DNA from: Octopus vulgaris | Taxonomy: Eukaryota | DNA: 64,000 nt | Reading direction: 5' to 3' | Assembly: GCA_951406725.2 (NCBI GenBank) | Contig: OX597817.1 | Span: 160,208,001-160,272,000 of the forward strand | Shown: positions 28,091-41,530 of the stretch, one piece after another | Layout: the number at the start of each line of letters is the position of its first letter | Numbering within the stretch: the stretch's first letter is position 1 | The notes under the pieces: generated by a model | Database searches by the model: none | Told to the model about the DNA's origin: nothing | Seen by the model: the letters and a program-made list of their open reading frames with translations, nothing else | Translations under genes and position numbers: made by a program

Positions 28091-28283
28091 ATTGCAGCGT
28101 GGAAGGTGTTTATAAGCCATTTAAGAAACACACAAAAGAGATGCAGCACGGATTTTTGTCAGTGAACAGGTCGCGGATTTTAGCGACGAAAATATTTTGA
28201 CAAATTAAACTTAAATGTTGAAGTGAATCGAACGGCTTTTGTGTGTTTCTTAAATGGCTTATAAACACCTTCCACGCTGCAAT
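28091..28283. repeat. Perfect 48-bp inverted repeats enclosing a hammerhead-like motif
   Basis: Arms 28091-28138/28236-28283. Confidence 0.9.
28155..28204 (+). ncRNA. Hammerhead-like motif with G3-C8 swap
   Basis: TTTGTCA-GTGAACA-G-GTCGC..GCGAC-GAAA-ATATTT-TGACAAA. Confidence 0.55.
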
Positions 28284-28459
28284 TGTTTTCGTTCCAGCGA
28301 ACGATCTCAGATCAGGTCACTTGCTACATCTCCGATATATCTATATATAAATGCGTTGTCTGTGTGTTTCTGAACACGGCTTTCACCGTGAAACTTGACA
28401 CCCATAGCCAATGTCTAATTCAAATAACGCAGCGAAAATTTGAAAATGACATGGGGTCG

Positions 28460-28524
<65 letters not shown>

Positions 28525-28549
28525 GTTTGCGTGCGTGTGTAATAGGCTA

Positions 28550-28945
28550 CGGCCATACTGGGGCACCGCCTTGAATTTTTAATCAAATGAATGAATGAAT
28601 CGACCCCAGTGCCCATTGCTTTTGAAAGCGTGGTACTTATGTTATTGGCTCTTTTTGCTGAACCGCTACGTTACGGGGTCGTAAACACACCGGTACCGGT
28701 TGTGAAGCGGTGGGTGGGGGAATAAACACACAAACATACATACACACACACACGCACACACGCACGCACACATGTATTATACGACCGGCTTCTCTCAGTT
28801 TCCGCCCACAAAATCCACTCACAAGGCGTTGGTCGCCCCGTGGTAATAGTAGAAGACACTTGTCCAAGGCATCACACTGTGGGACTGAACCCCGATCGTT
28901 GTGTTTGGGAAGCAAGCTTTTTACCACACAGCTACGCCTTCGCCT
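28550..28945 (-). mobile_element. SINE family A, diverged
   Basis: Colinear with family A. Confidence 0.75.
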
Positions 28946-29119
28946 ATGTAAAATACAGCATTTTTTTCATTGATTTTTCTTCTCGGAAAGTGTGACCTTA
29001 TCTGCGACTATATCTTTTTGTTGTCCTTTGTGTCTTTATCACCGTTCACGGTATTGTTAATTAAATTAATTTAAGGACTTAATTAAAGTCCTTTACCATA
29101 GTTTGCAGCCTGTGTGTTT

Positions 29120-29244
<125 letters not shown>

Positions 29245-29395
29245 CGACAATGTGAATAATATAGAATTTTTTTTTAAAAAAGAGAGAATGAAATGTACTC
29301 CCGACACCCCCCGCTTTACGATACACACACCGCCGCACTCACACACGTGTTTATATATGTATATGTGTATATAAACACATATGCACTCAGACACA

Positions 29396-29443
<48 letters not shown>

Positions 29444-29606
29444 ACTAAATTTTTATTCAGGTTACTCCCCCTCCGTGTTTTAGCTGATTAATAAACATTC
29501 GTTTCGCGATGGCTCTCGGTAATTCGTTTGCATAATAAAATAATTCGGAGCATAATTGTGAAATATTTGTTCAGTTTTACAAACACACGCACACACAAAC
29601 AAACAC

Positions 29607-29651
<45 letters not shown>

Positions 29652-29951
29652 CCGCACGCACGCGCGTTCCCACATGCACACATATTTTCGTACGCGCGTG
29701 CGTATAGGTACGTGTAGGTGCGCGCCTGTGTCTGTGTGTGTGTGCAATACTTTTCTTCCAGTTGTTAAATTCTCTACTCCCACCTATACCTCTACAACTT
29801 TTTCTCCCCCTCCAGTAACAATATTTATTGGTACCATAAAGGACCACAGTCACTATCACTCCGTTTTATTACCAACGCCAACAGCAATACCAACTCACAA
29901 GACTATTTGAACACTAATTATAACTATTGATATTAAAAATTTCTTAAATAT

Positions 29952-30443
29952 AGGCGCAGGAGTGGCTGTGTGGTAAGTAGCTTGCTAACCAGCCACATGG
30001 GTCCGGGTTCAGTCCCACTGCGTGGCATCTTGGGCAAGTATCTTCTGCTATAGCCCCGGGCCGACCAATGCCTTGTGAGTGGATTTGGTAGACGGAAACT
30101 GAAAGAAGCCTGTCGTATAGTCCTGTCCGTGTTTATTGTATCGTCTTCTTGAGTTATACGTTCTTGTCCATGTTGTATTTTTCTACATACCTTAATATAT
30201 ATATGTATATGTATGTATGTGTGTGTATTTGTGTGTCTGTGTTTGTACCCCTAGCATTCCTTGACAACCGATGCTGGTGTGTTTACGTCCCCGTCACTTA
30301 GCGGTTCGGCAAAAGAGACCGATAGAATAAGTACTGGGCTTACAAAGAATAAGTCCCGGGGTCGATTTGCTCGACTAAAGGCGGTGCTCCAGCATGGCCG
30401 CAGTCAAATGACTGAAACATGTAAAAGAGTAAAAGAGTAAGAG
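29952..30443 (+). mobile_element. SINE family A with ~75 bp foreign insert at its internal microsatellite
   Basis: Family A sequence on both sides of 30120-30195. Confidence 0.88.
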
Positions 30444-30663
30444 TATAGAACTGTAAAAATTTCTTTCTACTAGAAGCACAAGTCCTGAAATTTGGAGGCT
30501 AGTATTTATTTTATCGATGAAAGGCAAAGTTGCCCTTGGCTGTATTTGAACTCAGTGCGTAAGGGCTGGAAGAAATGCCGCTGAGCATTTTTGTCCGATG
30601 CGGTAACGATTCTGCCAGCTTCGCCGTTGTCGCTACTAGTATTAATAATACCTACATGCATCG

Positions 30664-30950
<287 letters not shown>

Positions 30951-30994
30951 TCATATCAAATCGTAACCACTACTACCAATCATAACATCCATCG

Positions 30995-31039
<45 letters not shown>

Positions 31040-31261
31040 TACACACACACACATATACACACACACATACACATACACACACACGCATACACACGCACGC
31101 GCACACAAGCGCACAAATTGACACGCTGTTTCTGCATCTCTCACCACTACCATCAACACTCACCACCTCCTCCTCCTCCTCCTCCTCCTCCCTTCCTAAG
31201 CGCACTTCTCAACGCCACTCCCTCGTCCCTCTCTTTCACTTTCTCATTATCTCCCTCCCTT

Positions 31262-31311
<50 letters not shown>

Positions 31312-31698
31312 TATTGCAACTTAAGACGAATAATATATAAAAAAAAAAGAAGAAAAACAAAAGTTAAAATGGGGGGGGGGGGAAATAAAAATACAGCAAT
31401 AAAAGCAAACAAAGAAATAAAAATAAAAAGCAGAAACGTTTCCCCAAAGTTATTTTCGGGTGTGCATTATCACCTTTTGACCTCACACCCCTCACTTCCT
31501 AACTGCTTTCTCTCTTTCTCCTCCTACACTATCACCGATGCCACCACCACCACCACCAATACCAACAACAGCTTCTACACCGTAGCGCAATCCTTACCGT
31601 CACCGCCACCATCATAACGGCAACAACAACGAGCACAATATCAACGAAAACGCCAATAATAGCGAGTTAAAACGTGGACGAGAATAGCAATAATAAAA

Positions 31699-32670
31699 CC
31701 GTCATCACAGCCCCGCAAATACCGTCATCACAGCCCCGCAAATACCGTCATCACAGCCCCGCAAATACCGTCATCACAGCCCCGCAAATACCGTCATCAC
31801 AGCCCCGCAAATACCGTCACCCCAGCTTCAAAACATCGTCAGCACAGCTCCCCAACGCCGTCATCACAGCCTTACAACACTGTCATCACAGCCTCACAAC
31901 ACATATTACAGTATCACTGCCTCACAACATCGTCATCACTGCCTCACAACATCGCTATCACTGCCTCACAATCTTACAACCCAACTTCCATCACTGCTTC
32001 ATAATCTTACAGCACAACCGTCATCACTGCTTCAGAACTCTGTCATCACAACCTTACAACACCGTCATCACAGCCTCACAACACATATTACAGTATCACT
32101 GCCTCACAACATCGTCATCACTGCCTCACAACATCGCTATCACTGTCTCACAATCTTACAACCCAACTTCCATCACTGCTTCACAATCTTACAGCACAAC
32201 CGTCATTACTGCTTCAGAACTCTGTCATCACAACCTTACAACACCGTCATCACAGCTTCACAACACATATTACGGTTATTAAAGCCTCACAACATCGTCA
32301 TCACTGCTTCAGAACTCTGTCATCACAACCTTACAACACCGTCATCACAGTTTCACAACACATATCACGGTTATCAAAGCCTCACAACATCGCCATCACT
32401 GCCTCACAAATCCGCCATTACAACTTTGCAATATCGCTATCACAGTCTTACAACACCGTCATCACTCCTCGCTACACTATCATCCACAGCCTAACATTAC
32501 ATATTACTGTCATCACAGCCTCTCAGTATCGTCATCACAGCCTCTCAACGTCATTACAGCCTCACAACACATCGTCGGCACTGCCTCATAGCACATACTA
32601 CCGACATCACAGCTTCACATCGTCATCACAGCCTCACAACACCGTCATTACAACCTCACAACACATTAGC
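31699..32670. repeat. Minisatellite: 5 x 23-bp perfect units, then degenerate ~21-25 bp units with 182-bp higher-order repeat
   Basis: CCGTCATCACAGCCCCGCAAATA x5; ACATATTACAGTATCACTGCC at 31901 and 32083. Confidence 0.88.
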
Positions 32671-33309
32671 GTCACCAGAAAACATGCTACCATGCCAACA
32701 CAATTATCAACAACAGTTGGTAACCAAGTATGTGGTCGCTTAGTCTGCTAAAAATAACAGTCAAATCTCCGATCACATTTTCTCAGTCTACGTAAAGGAC
32801 ACATTCAGTAGAATGGCCTTTGATCACAGATCAGATCGATCAGAGCTGACCTCGATATCCATAATAATTACAAACACCAGTCATCATCACCCTCGCCACC
32901 ACCATCAACCAAAGAAGGAGCATCAATGCGGTCAATCAATTTGCTAGAAATGACAGCAAAATTTCTCACAGATCACTACAGCTTAAATAAATAAATGACA
33001 TATTGTTTTAGTCCTAAATACAGTTTTTTTTAATCATACGTTCGCAGGAGCCGTCGCTACTACCTCCTCCATCCACCACTACCACCAGCAACAGTAGCTG
33101 TCCAAGAATTTGGACCTGGAGGTTTCCATTTCCAGGGACTTCGAGGCCCACCTCCCAGTGGTGTCGGGCGTCAACGAAGAGCCCCAAAGTTTTTTTTTTC
33201 TTCCAAGGTCTGGGGTCTCTCGCCCCTAAGCCCTAGACCATCACCTAATCACCGTTATCCGTCTTGTTGCTTAACAACAACAACAACAACAACCAGAAAC
33301 AGTAATAAC

Positions 33310-33500
33310 GGTTTCAAATTTTGACACAAGGCCAGCAATTTCGAGGTGATGGGGGCGGGGAGCCAAGTCGATTACATCGACCCCAGTACGCAATTGCTAC
33401 TTAATTTATTGACCCCGAAAGGATGAAAGGCAAAGTCGACCTCGGCGGAATTTGAACACAGAACGTAAAGACAGACGAAATACTGCTAAGCATTTCGCCA
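33310..33500 (-). mobile_element. SINE family B (alternative tail subfamily)
   Basis: Family B core GGATGAAAGGCAAAGTCGACCTCGGCGGAATTTGAAC. Confidence 0.8.
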
Positions 33501-34059
33501 CCTTAACAACAACAGCAATAACAACAACGAAACAATCAGTAAGCCAACTGAGAGGTTTTGTGTGGTTACTTGACTTGGTCTGTTAAAAATAGCAGCCAAA
33601 TTCCTTCAAACCACACATTATTGTCTTAAATTTAAAAAGTGGGACGGACACGCGCCGAGTCGTTGATAAACGAAAAGACGAGTGAGTTGGTCATTATTGG
33701 AAGGTCTTTAATTGTGAGCCAACACAGTCAGAGTTGACCTTGAGATTTGCCACCACAACAAAAATAACATCACACCGACATCATAGTAATTCCCACCTCC
33801 GCCGTCACAGCCCCTACCGCAACCTCCACCACTACCACTACCACTACTGGCGCCGTCACCATCGCCATCAGAGCCAACGGTACCACGAGCGGAACTTTTG
33901 CACAACTTCCTACTTCCGACCTAACCTGTTCCCACATTTATTGGAACATCAGCCATGATTGTATGGTAGTGTTGGTGCTGATGAGGATGGTGGAGATGGT
34001 AGTATGTGTGTATGTGTATGTACGCGTGTCTGTATGTGTGCATGTATGTCTACATCTAT

Positions 34060-34128
<69 letters not shown>

Positions 34129-34225
34129 TATATATATATAAGAATAAGTCCTGGCGTTGATTTCTTCAACTAAAGGCGGTGCTCCAGCATGGCCACAGTG
34201 AAATGACTGAAACAAGTAAAAGAGA

Positions 34226-34256
<31 letters not shown>

Positions 34257-34308
34257 TTGATTTGATCTAGTTTTAGCTCATGATTTGTGGCCATGCTGGG
34301 GCACCGGC

Positions 34309-34354
<46 letters not shown>

Positions 34355-34439
34355 GCGCACACATGCACACACACAAACACACACATATATATATATACAC
34401 ACACACACATATATATATATGTATATATATATATGTGAC

Positions 34440-34636
34440 TCCGTGTGTACCGTTGGCGACTTTTTTTTCCTCTGTCTTCCCTTCTCTGGATCTTTCCTTC
34501 TCCTATGTTTCCGACGAAGAGCTCCGCTCGAAACGTTAAACCCTCCTTCTTTCCTGAGCGTCCAATAATACTATATTTGTTCCACGTCCTCGCGTTGTTG
34601 TGTTTTTTTTTTGTGTTTTCTTGTTTGGATTAACTA
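34440..34636 (+). mobile_element. (TA)n-flanked short element with hammerhead-like motif (34507-34541)
   Basis: GTTT-CCGACGAA-GAGC-TCC-GCTC-GAAAC-GTT-AAAC; (TA)n on both sides. Confidence 0.6.
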
Positions 34637-34661
34637 TATATATATATACATGTACCAATAA

Positions 34662-34715
<54 letters not shown>

Positions 34716-35154
34716 GCGCATACATATATGTATGTATGTATGTTTGTACGTATGTATCTATTATTCTTTCTGCATTTATTATTTATTGCTTACTGTAATG
34801 TATAGGCTAAAACGTTCGAATCCAGTTAGAATTTAATATTCAGTGTTTCATTTATGAAAAGGACTTGCTTCTCTTTCGCCTTTGCTCTCATCATTCTTGA
34901 AAGGAAAGTATAGAATGAAGGTTCAAATCCAATTAATGCTATATTTATTTAACTGGCAGAATAGTTAACGCGCCAGGCAAACTGCTTTGCGGCATTTCGT
35001 CCATTTTTACATTCAAATTCCGACGAGGTCAATTTTACATTTTATTTTTTCCAGGTCGATAAAGAAGAAAAAAAACAGTATTAGCTACACAGTAGCTAGC
35101 CTCGTGCCGAGGTCGACCTACCTATTCGCCCAAAATTTCAGGCCTTGTGAAGTA

Positions 35155-35196
<42 letters not shown>

Positions 35197-35209
35197 GATT
35201 ATTATTATT

Positions 35210-35765
35210 GAGTGAATGATAGAGTAGTGCATGCCATCAAAGTGACACTGGGGTAAAATATACGAAGCCCAATATACCCATCATGATTACCCGTCTGATA
35301 AGGGTACACCAGACACATGCATCACAACCATATGTGCGCGACATGGTAATCTCATATCAAGATAAACAGCGCATGACCTTTCAGGTGGGTCCCAGTTAGA
35401 ATTTTCTTCAGGTCGAGTAGCCCATCCCGCTCAAAAGGTCCCTGCATAAGAGTTGTTTAATAATGTTGAACGAAACACCCATGTTTCCAAAGGTGAATTA
35501 TCCAATCCCCAAATAATTCTTCTCAACACATGGCTACGATGCTCCACCACTACTTCTGCTCTTGATAAGAGATGCACATATCGTCAGCCACTAAGAGACA
35601 TGCTCAACTGGTTACGGTGAAGCAACTGACAAGCAAATCTTTGGTATTGAGCAGAATATTTGCTGTTGCTCATCTTTTATACCAAGACAAAACAACGTAC
35701 ATGATAACACTTCCAATCAGTTAAGATCAGAAGTCATGAGAGTCACTGCTTGGTACTGCATAATG

Positions 35766-35767
<2 letters not shown>
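35210..35767. mobile_element. ~560-bp non-coding interspersed element embedded in (TAA)n
   Basis: Reverse-complement homologue at 42805-43265; both bounded by (TAA)n. Confidence 0.8.
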
Positions 35768-35814
<47 letters not shown>

Positions 35815-35961
35815 CAATATTTTCTTCTTTCAATTTTGTTTCCATTTTTTTGCTGAGTGTCTTCCCAACACCCAGAGCAAAGAAACTCATTATATACGTT
35901 GGTAGGCCATTAACATAAACAAAACAGATTCTTCATTTACAAAGTCATGTGATGGGCAAAA

Positions 35962-36015
<54 letters not shown>

Positions 36016-36018
<3 letters not shown>

Positions 36019-36352
36019 TAGTTTTATTTTTATAGCGTGCTTTCACTTCACTACCGAGCGCAGCTCTGTGTGCCTTGGGTATGTGTAGTGATTTGTTGTG
36101 ATGCTCTGGTGGTTATTGTATGGAAAGTGTTCTGCGTGGGATGTCTGCAGTGCCTAGTAGTGCAATTTTCTGTATGTTATATGTGTTTGTAAGTCCTGGT
36201 GTTTTTGCTATGTATTTGTCTGAATATTTTTTTATCATGCCTAATGATCCTACTATGATAGGAATTGTTTCTGTTTTCAGATTCCACATTCTGGTTACCT
36301 CTATTTCCAGGTCTTTGTATTTTGAGAGTTTCTCCATTTCTTTTAGAGACAC
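36016..36352 (-). mobile_element. R4/Dong-like retrotransposon 3' end in (TAA)n
   Basis: KEMEKLSKYKDLEIEVTRMW..IPIIVGSLG..IQKIALLGTA..RRTL, the restriction-like endonuclease C-terminus; (TAA)n on both sides. Confidence 0.85.
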
Positions 36353-36435
<83 letters not shown>

Positions 36436-36691
36436 TATTATTATTATTATTATGATCATATCGCCTATATAAATACGTTTTGGTATCATCATATTTCATC
36501 AACACAGACCTCGAACAATTATTGTTTTGATATCATTAAGGCATTAAAGTTTAAAAATAAGTGTTCTTTGTTGCAATGTATAAATCATAGCTAACAGGTG
36601 CGAAAATGAAATTAGAGACAGAACAGAGATGCATAAATCACAAAACTGGACACATTCAGAAATATTCCCACGTCAGATACGTATATAGCCA

Positions 36692-36850
36692 CAGGAGTGA
36701 CTGTGTCGTAAGTAGCTTGATTACCAACCACATGGTTCCGGGTTTATTCCCACTGCGTGGCACCTTGGGCAAGTGTCTTCTACTTTAGCTTCGGGCAGAC
36801 CAAAGCCTTGTGAGTGGATTTGGTAGACGGAAACTGAAAGAAGCCCGTCG

Positions 36851-36914
<64 letters not shown>

Positions 36915-37182
36915 TGTGTGTATGTATGTATGTATGTATAAATATATATATATATATATATACGTGCGCGTGTGTGTGTGCGTGTCTGTGTTTGTCCCCA
37001 ACATCGCTTGACAACCGATGGTGGTGTGTTTACGTCCCTGTCACTTAGCAGTTCGACCAAAGACACCGATAGAATAAGTACTAGGCTTACACAGAATAAG
37101 TCCTGGGGTCGATTTCTTCGACTAAAGCTGGTGCTCCAGCATGGCTGCAGTCAAATGACTGAAGCAAGTAAACGAGTAAAAA
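36692..37182 (+). mobile_element. SINE family A
   Basis: Match to family A. Confidence 0.85.
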
Positions 37183-37282
37183 GTGATATATATATATAGT
37201 ACGAAACCGAGGAAAGGAAATCCTTCAAAGGAGTGTACTAAACATCCAATTCATTGGTACGTTAATTGGATACCATATGAAT

Positions 37283-37633
37283 TGGAAGCACTCCGTCGGT
37301 TACGACGATGAGGGTTCCGGTTGATCCGAATCAACGGAACAGCCTGCTCGTGAAATTAACGTGTAAGTGGCTGAGCACTCCACAGACACGTGCACCCTTA
37401 ACGTAGTTCTCGTGGATATTCAGCGTGACACAGAGAGTGACAAGGCCGGCCCCTTGAAATATATGTACAACAGAAACAGGAAGTAAGAGTGAGAGAAAGT
37501 TGTGGTGAAAGAGTACAGCAGGGATCACCACCATCCCCTGCCGGAGCCTCGTGGAGCTTTTAGGTGTTTTCGCTCAATAAACACTCACAACGCCCGATCT
37601 GGGAATCGAAACCGCGATCCATTGCGCCTCCAC
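37283..37633 (-). mobile_element. SINE family C with deletion in tRNA head
   Basis: TSD ACCATATGAAT. Confidence 0.9.
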
Positions 37634-38012
37634 ACCATATGAATATTGGTATATGTATATGTATGATAATAAAGAGCAGTTTCATTTGACTTACTCCATA
37701 AATTTAATAACCAAAATAATAGTCATTATAATATTGTATAATTTATAAATTGCATTCATTCTGAAAGTATTGATAGAGCTTGGATACGTATCATATGTTG
37801 TCCTCATTTTGTAAATGATAATAAAGATTAGTTCATCGGAAACTGTGGTTGTTTCTTGTTTGGTTTGCATTGATGATTTCTGTCGATTCACTAAATTCTC
37901 CCTTCCATGGTGTGCGAAAAACAATCATTATTTAAGTAACTTTAACTTCAAATGTGGTTACCCATACGAAATTAATAAATTTGATTTCCATTGCTGTAGC
38001 TTAATATATATA

Positions 38013-38048
<36 letters not shown>

Positions 38049-38088
38049 TGTATGTATGTATGTATGTATGTATGTATGTATGTATGTA

Positions 38089-38507
38089 TTTACTCTTTTA
38101 CTCTTTTACTTGTTTCAGTCATTTGACTGCGGCCATGCTGGAGCACCGCCTTTAATCGAGCAACTCGACCCCGGGACTTATTCTTTTGTAAGCCCAGTAC
38201 TTATTCTATCGGTCTCCTTTGCCGAACCGCTAAGTTACGGGGACATAAACACACCAGCATCGGTTGTCGAGCAATGCTAGGAGGACAAACACAGACACAC
38301 AAACACACACACGCATATATATATATATATATATACATATATACGACGGGCTTCTTTCAGTTTCCGTCTACCAAATCCACTCACAAGGCTTTGGTCGGCC
38401 CGAGGCTACAGTAGAAGACACTTGCCCAAGGTGCCACGCAGTGTGACTGAACCCGGAACCATGTTGTTGGTAAACAAGCTACTTACCACATAGCCACTCC
38501 TGCGCCT
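38089..38507 (-). mobile_element. SINE family A
   Basis: Match to family A. Confidence 0.88.
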
Positions 38508-39423
38508 ATGTATATAAATTAGAGAAGAACCACCATGTAGCAATTCAAAAACGATATATTTAAATCATACCTTATAGAAAAAATTAAAGATGCGATAAAA
38601 CAACTACCTAGCACTAAATAAAGTACGAAATAATAAATAAATAGTATATTATTAGTGAATAGAATACACGTGTTTCGTGGCTATATTTACAAATTGATAA
38701 CAATAAAATCAATTCAATTTATATATATATACATATATTTGGATATCACATTTACAGTCTTAAGTCAATATTAGCAATAATTACGGATTTCTCCCTGCGA
38801 TAGATTAAGCAAACAAAGTGAGAAATTTTCATTAGGTTTCTATTACGGAATTATCCCTCCGAGAAAATAATAAATATAGAAGATTATTATTAGTTAATTT
38901 AAACAATAATTTTTTTAATACCAACTAATTTAAATAGATAAAGGAGTTGTTGTATTGAAGATGTAATTGTTTATATATTTTTGTTGGAAAAGGCTTAGAT
39001 ACTTTTTTATATACACACATATTTTATTGTTGTATGTTGTGGTGACAAGCGACTATCTCGGACACGAAAGGGTGTCAATTGGTATGTGTTTGAGATATAA
39101 TGGAGTGGATTTCGATGGCTGTGGATTGCCCTTACTTGGCTGTATCGTCCGTTAAAGTGTTTTTGTTGTTCTTTAATTGTAATTGATGTATGATTGAATA
39201 GTTAACGAGTTTACATCCCCATAACTTAGTATTTCAGTAAAGCGACTGGCAGAATGAGTACAAGTCTTGAAGTACTGGGGGTCGATTCGTCCGACTAAAA
39301 TTCTTCATGGTGGCGTCCCAGCATAGTTACATTCTAATGGTTGAAACTAGTAAAAGATAAAAGATATATATATATATAAGTAAATAAATGGAGTTGAACG
39401 CAGATGCTATTCAAATTCTTTTA

Positions 39424-39506
39424 CTTTCGATATATGTTTCGAAGACAACACTGATTTTATTTCAAAGAAATAAACGGTGTAAAATGCAATCTTCTCATCA
39501 GGAAAG
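39424..39506 (-). ncRNA. Type I hammerhead ribozyme candidate
   Basis: CTTTC-CTGATGA-GAAGA..TCTTC-GAAAC-ATAT-ATC-GAAAG; homologue of 16908-16993 including flanks. Confidence 0.65.
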
Positions 39507-39556
39507 AAAGATAACCTATCTCAACAACAAGACATTATAACAATTTTTATGACTGC

Positions 39557-39591
<35 letters not shown>

Positions 39592-40107
39592 CCCCCCCAC
39601 ACACACACACATCTATCTTTTCAGAAGTCAAAAGAACGTATAGTAATAAACAAACGGACGGAAAACAGACACAGAAAGTCAAGTTGAAAAACATATACTA
39701 AATGTACAGACGAACGGAAAACAAACATCAGTTATCGGCTAGGGTGTCAAACGCAATTTCGTGCTATTATTGATAATATTGCTTCCACTCTGGAGGTACA
39801 AGCGAGAAAACTGGCCGGGAAAGCGACCAAACCACAACAAAACAAAACGAGACGGACAAACGTATTTTTTTCATTTCCAATGTAAGCATTCATCACAATT
39901 CTATTCGCTTTGAATCTATCGGGAATGTAGTAGGGAATTAAGTGTGAATCGTCTGTGAAATTTGTGTGAATTACATATGAATATAGCAAAAATTTAGCAT
40001 GGATTTGGAGTGAACATAGTGTTAATTTTTTTTGTTTGTTTCTTTTTGTAAATATCACAAATTAATATCGTATTTGGTTTTTTCCTCTAACTCGAAAATT
40101 AGTTGCA

Positions 40108-40186
40108 TTATTATTATTATTGTTGTTGTTGCTGTTTTGTTGTTGTTGTTGTTGTTGTTGTTGTTCTTCTTCTTCTTCTTCTTCTT

Positions 40187-40263
<77 letters not shown>

Positions 40264-40439
40264 CAATAGTAATAATATTGATGATGATGATAATAATATT
40301 AATAATAATAATGATAATAATAATTCTTTCTTTATTGGCCACCAGGGCCGAACACAAAACATAGAGGACGTTAACCTCAATGTCCTTCATCTGTGTATCG
40401 TCTTCCGTGTTTGTGTTCGGCCCTGGTGGTCAATGAAGA

Positions 40440-40496
<57 letters not shown>

Positions 40497-40498
40497 TC

Positions 40499-40530
<32 letters not shown>

Positions 40531-40533
40531 CTT

Positions 40534-40612
<79 letters not shown>
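40108..40612. repeat. Compound (TTA)/(TTG)/(TTC)/(TAA) microsatellite enclosing a 31-bp-arm hairpin (40328-40440)
   Basis: Directly visible. Confidence 0.9.
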
Positions 40613-40613
<1 letters not shown>

Positions 40614-41530
40614 GGCGGCAAGCAGGCGGAATCGTTAGCACGCCAGACGAAATCGAATAGCTGTATTTCGTCCGTCTTTACGAGGTCGACTTTGCTTTTC
40701 ATCCTTTCGGGGTCAATAAATTAAGTACCAGTGAAACACTGGAGTCGATGTAATCGACTTAGCCCCCAAAGTTCGGGCTTTGTGCCTTTAGTAGAAAAGA
40801 TTATTTTCATTATTATGCCTGGCGGTATTTCGTCTGCCGCTATCTTTTGAGTTCAAATTCCGTCGAGGTCAACTTTGCCTTTCATCCTTCCGGGGTCGAT
40901 AAAATAAAGTACCAATTGAATACTGGGATCGATGTAATTGACCCATCCCCTCCCCTCCCCCAAAATTGCTGCCCTTGTGACAAAATTTCAACCTATCATT
41001 ATTATTATTAAAGCAGCGAGCTAGCAGAATCGTTTGCCCACTGGATGAAATGCTTAGCTACGTTCTGGGGTCTTTTCCCTTTCAACGGCAGAACGAGAAA
41101 TGAATTTTTTTGTAGCTAAACACATTCAAACTTCGGACACTGGTAGAATGTGTCATACAACACTGCCGATAGTTGTTGTTGACAAACAACGGCAGTAATT
41201 TTATTCAGGTGAATAATCGTCATTGATTGGTTGAAATTACCGAAATACGACAACTTTAACACGAAATAACTTTGAAAATAGAAACTTTTCTCAACAAAAA
41301 ATTAATTTCTCGATCCGCCGTTGAAAGGGAAAAGATCCATGTTCTGAGTTCAAATTCTGTCGAGGTCGACTTTGCCTTTTAAACTTTTGGAGTCTATAAA
41401 ATAAGTACCAGAGAAACACTGGGGTCGATGTAATCTAGTCCTCTCCCACCAAATCTCAGGCTTTGTGCCTATAGCAGAGAGGATTATTATTATTACTATA
41501 AAGGCAGCTGGCTGGCAGAATCGTTAGCAT
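40613..41530 (+). mobile_element. Cluster of SINE family B copies and fragments
   Basis: Repeated GAGGTCGACTTTGCC..GGGGTCGATGTAAT modules separated by (TTA)n. Confidence 0.8.
41068..41338. mobile_element. MITE with ~30-bp TIRs and 8-bp TSD (possibly Merlin-like), nested in SINE B
   Basis: GGGTCTTTTCCCTTTCAACGGC / GCCGTTGAAAGGGAAAAGATCC; TSD ACGTTCTG/ATGTTCTG. Confidence 0.8.

Noticed and set aside
31674-32282. 202-aa repetitive ORF or CRISPR-like array
   Set aside because: Tandem minisatellite without unique spacers or cas genes.
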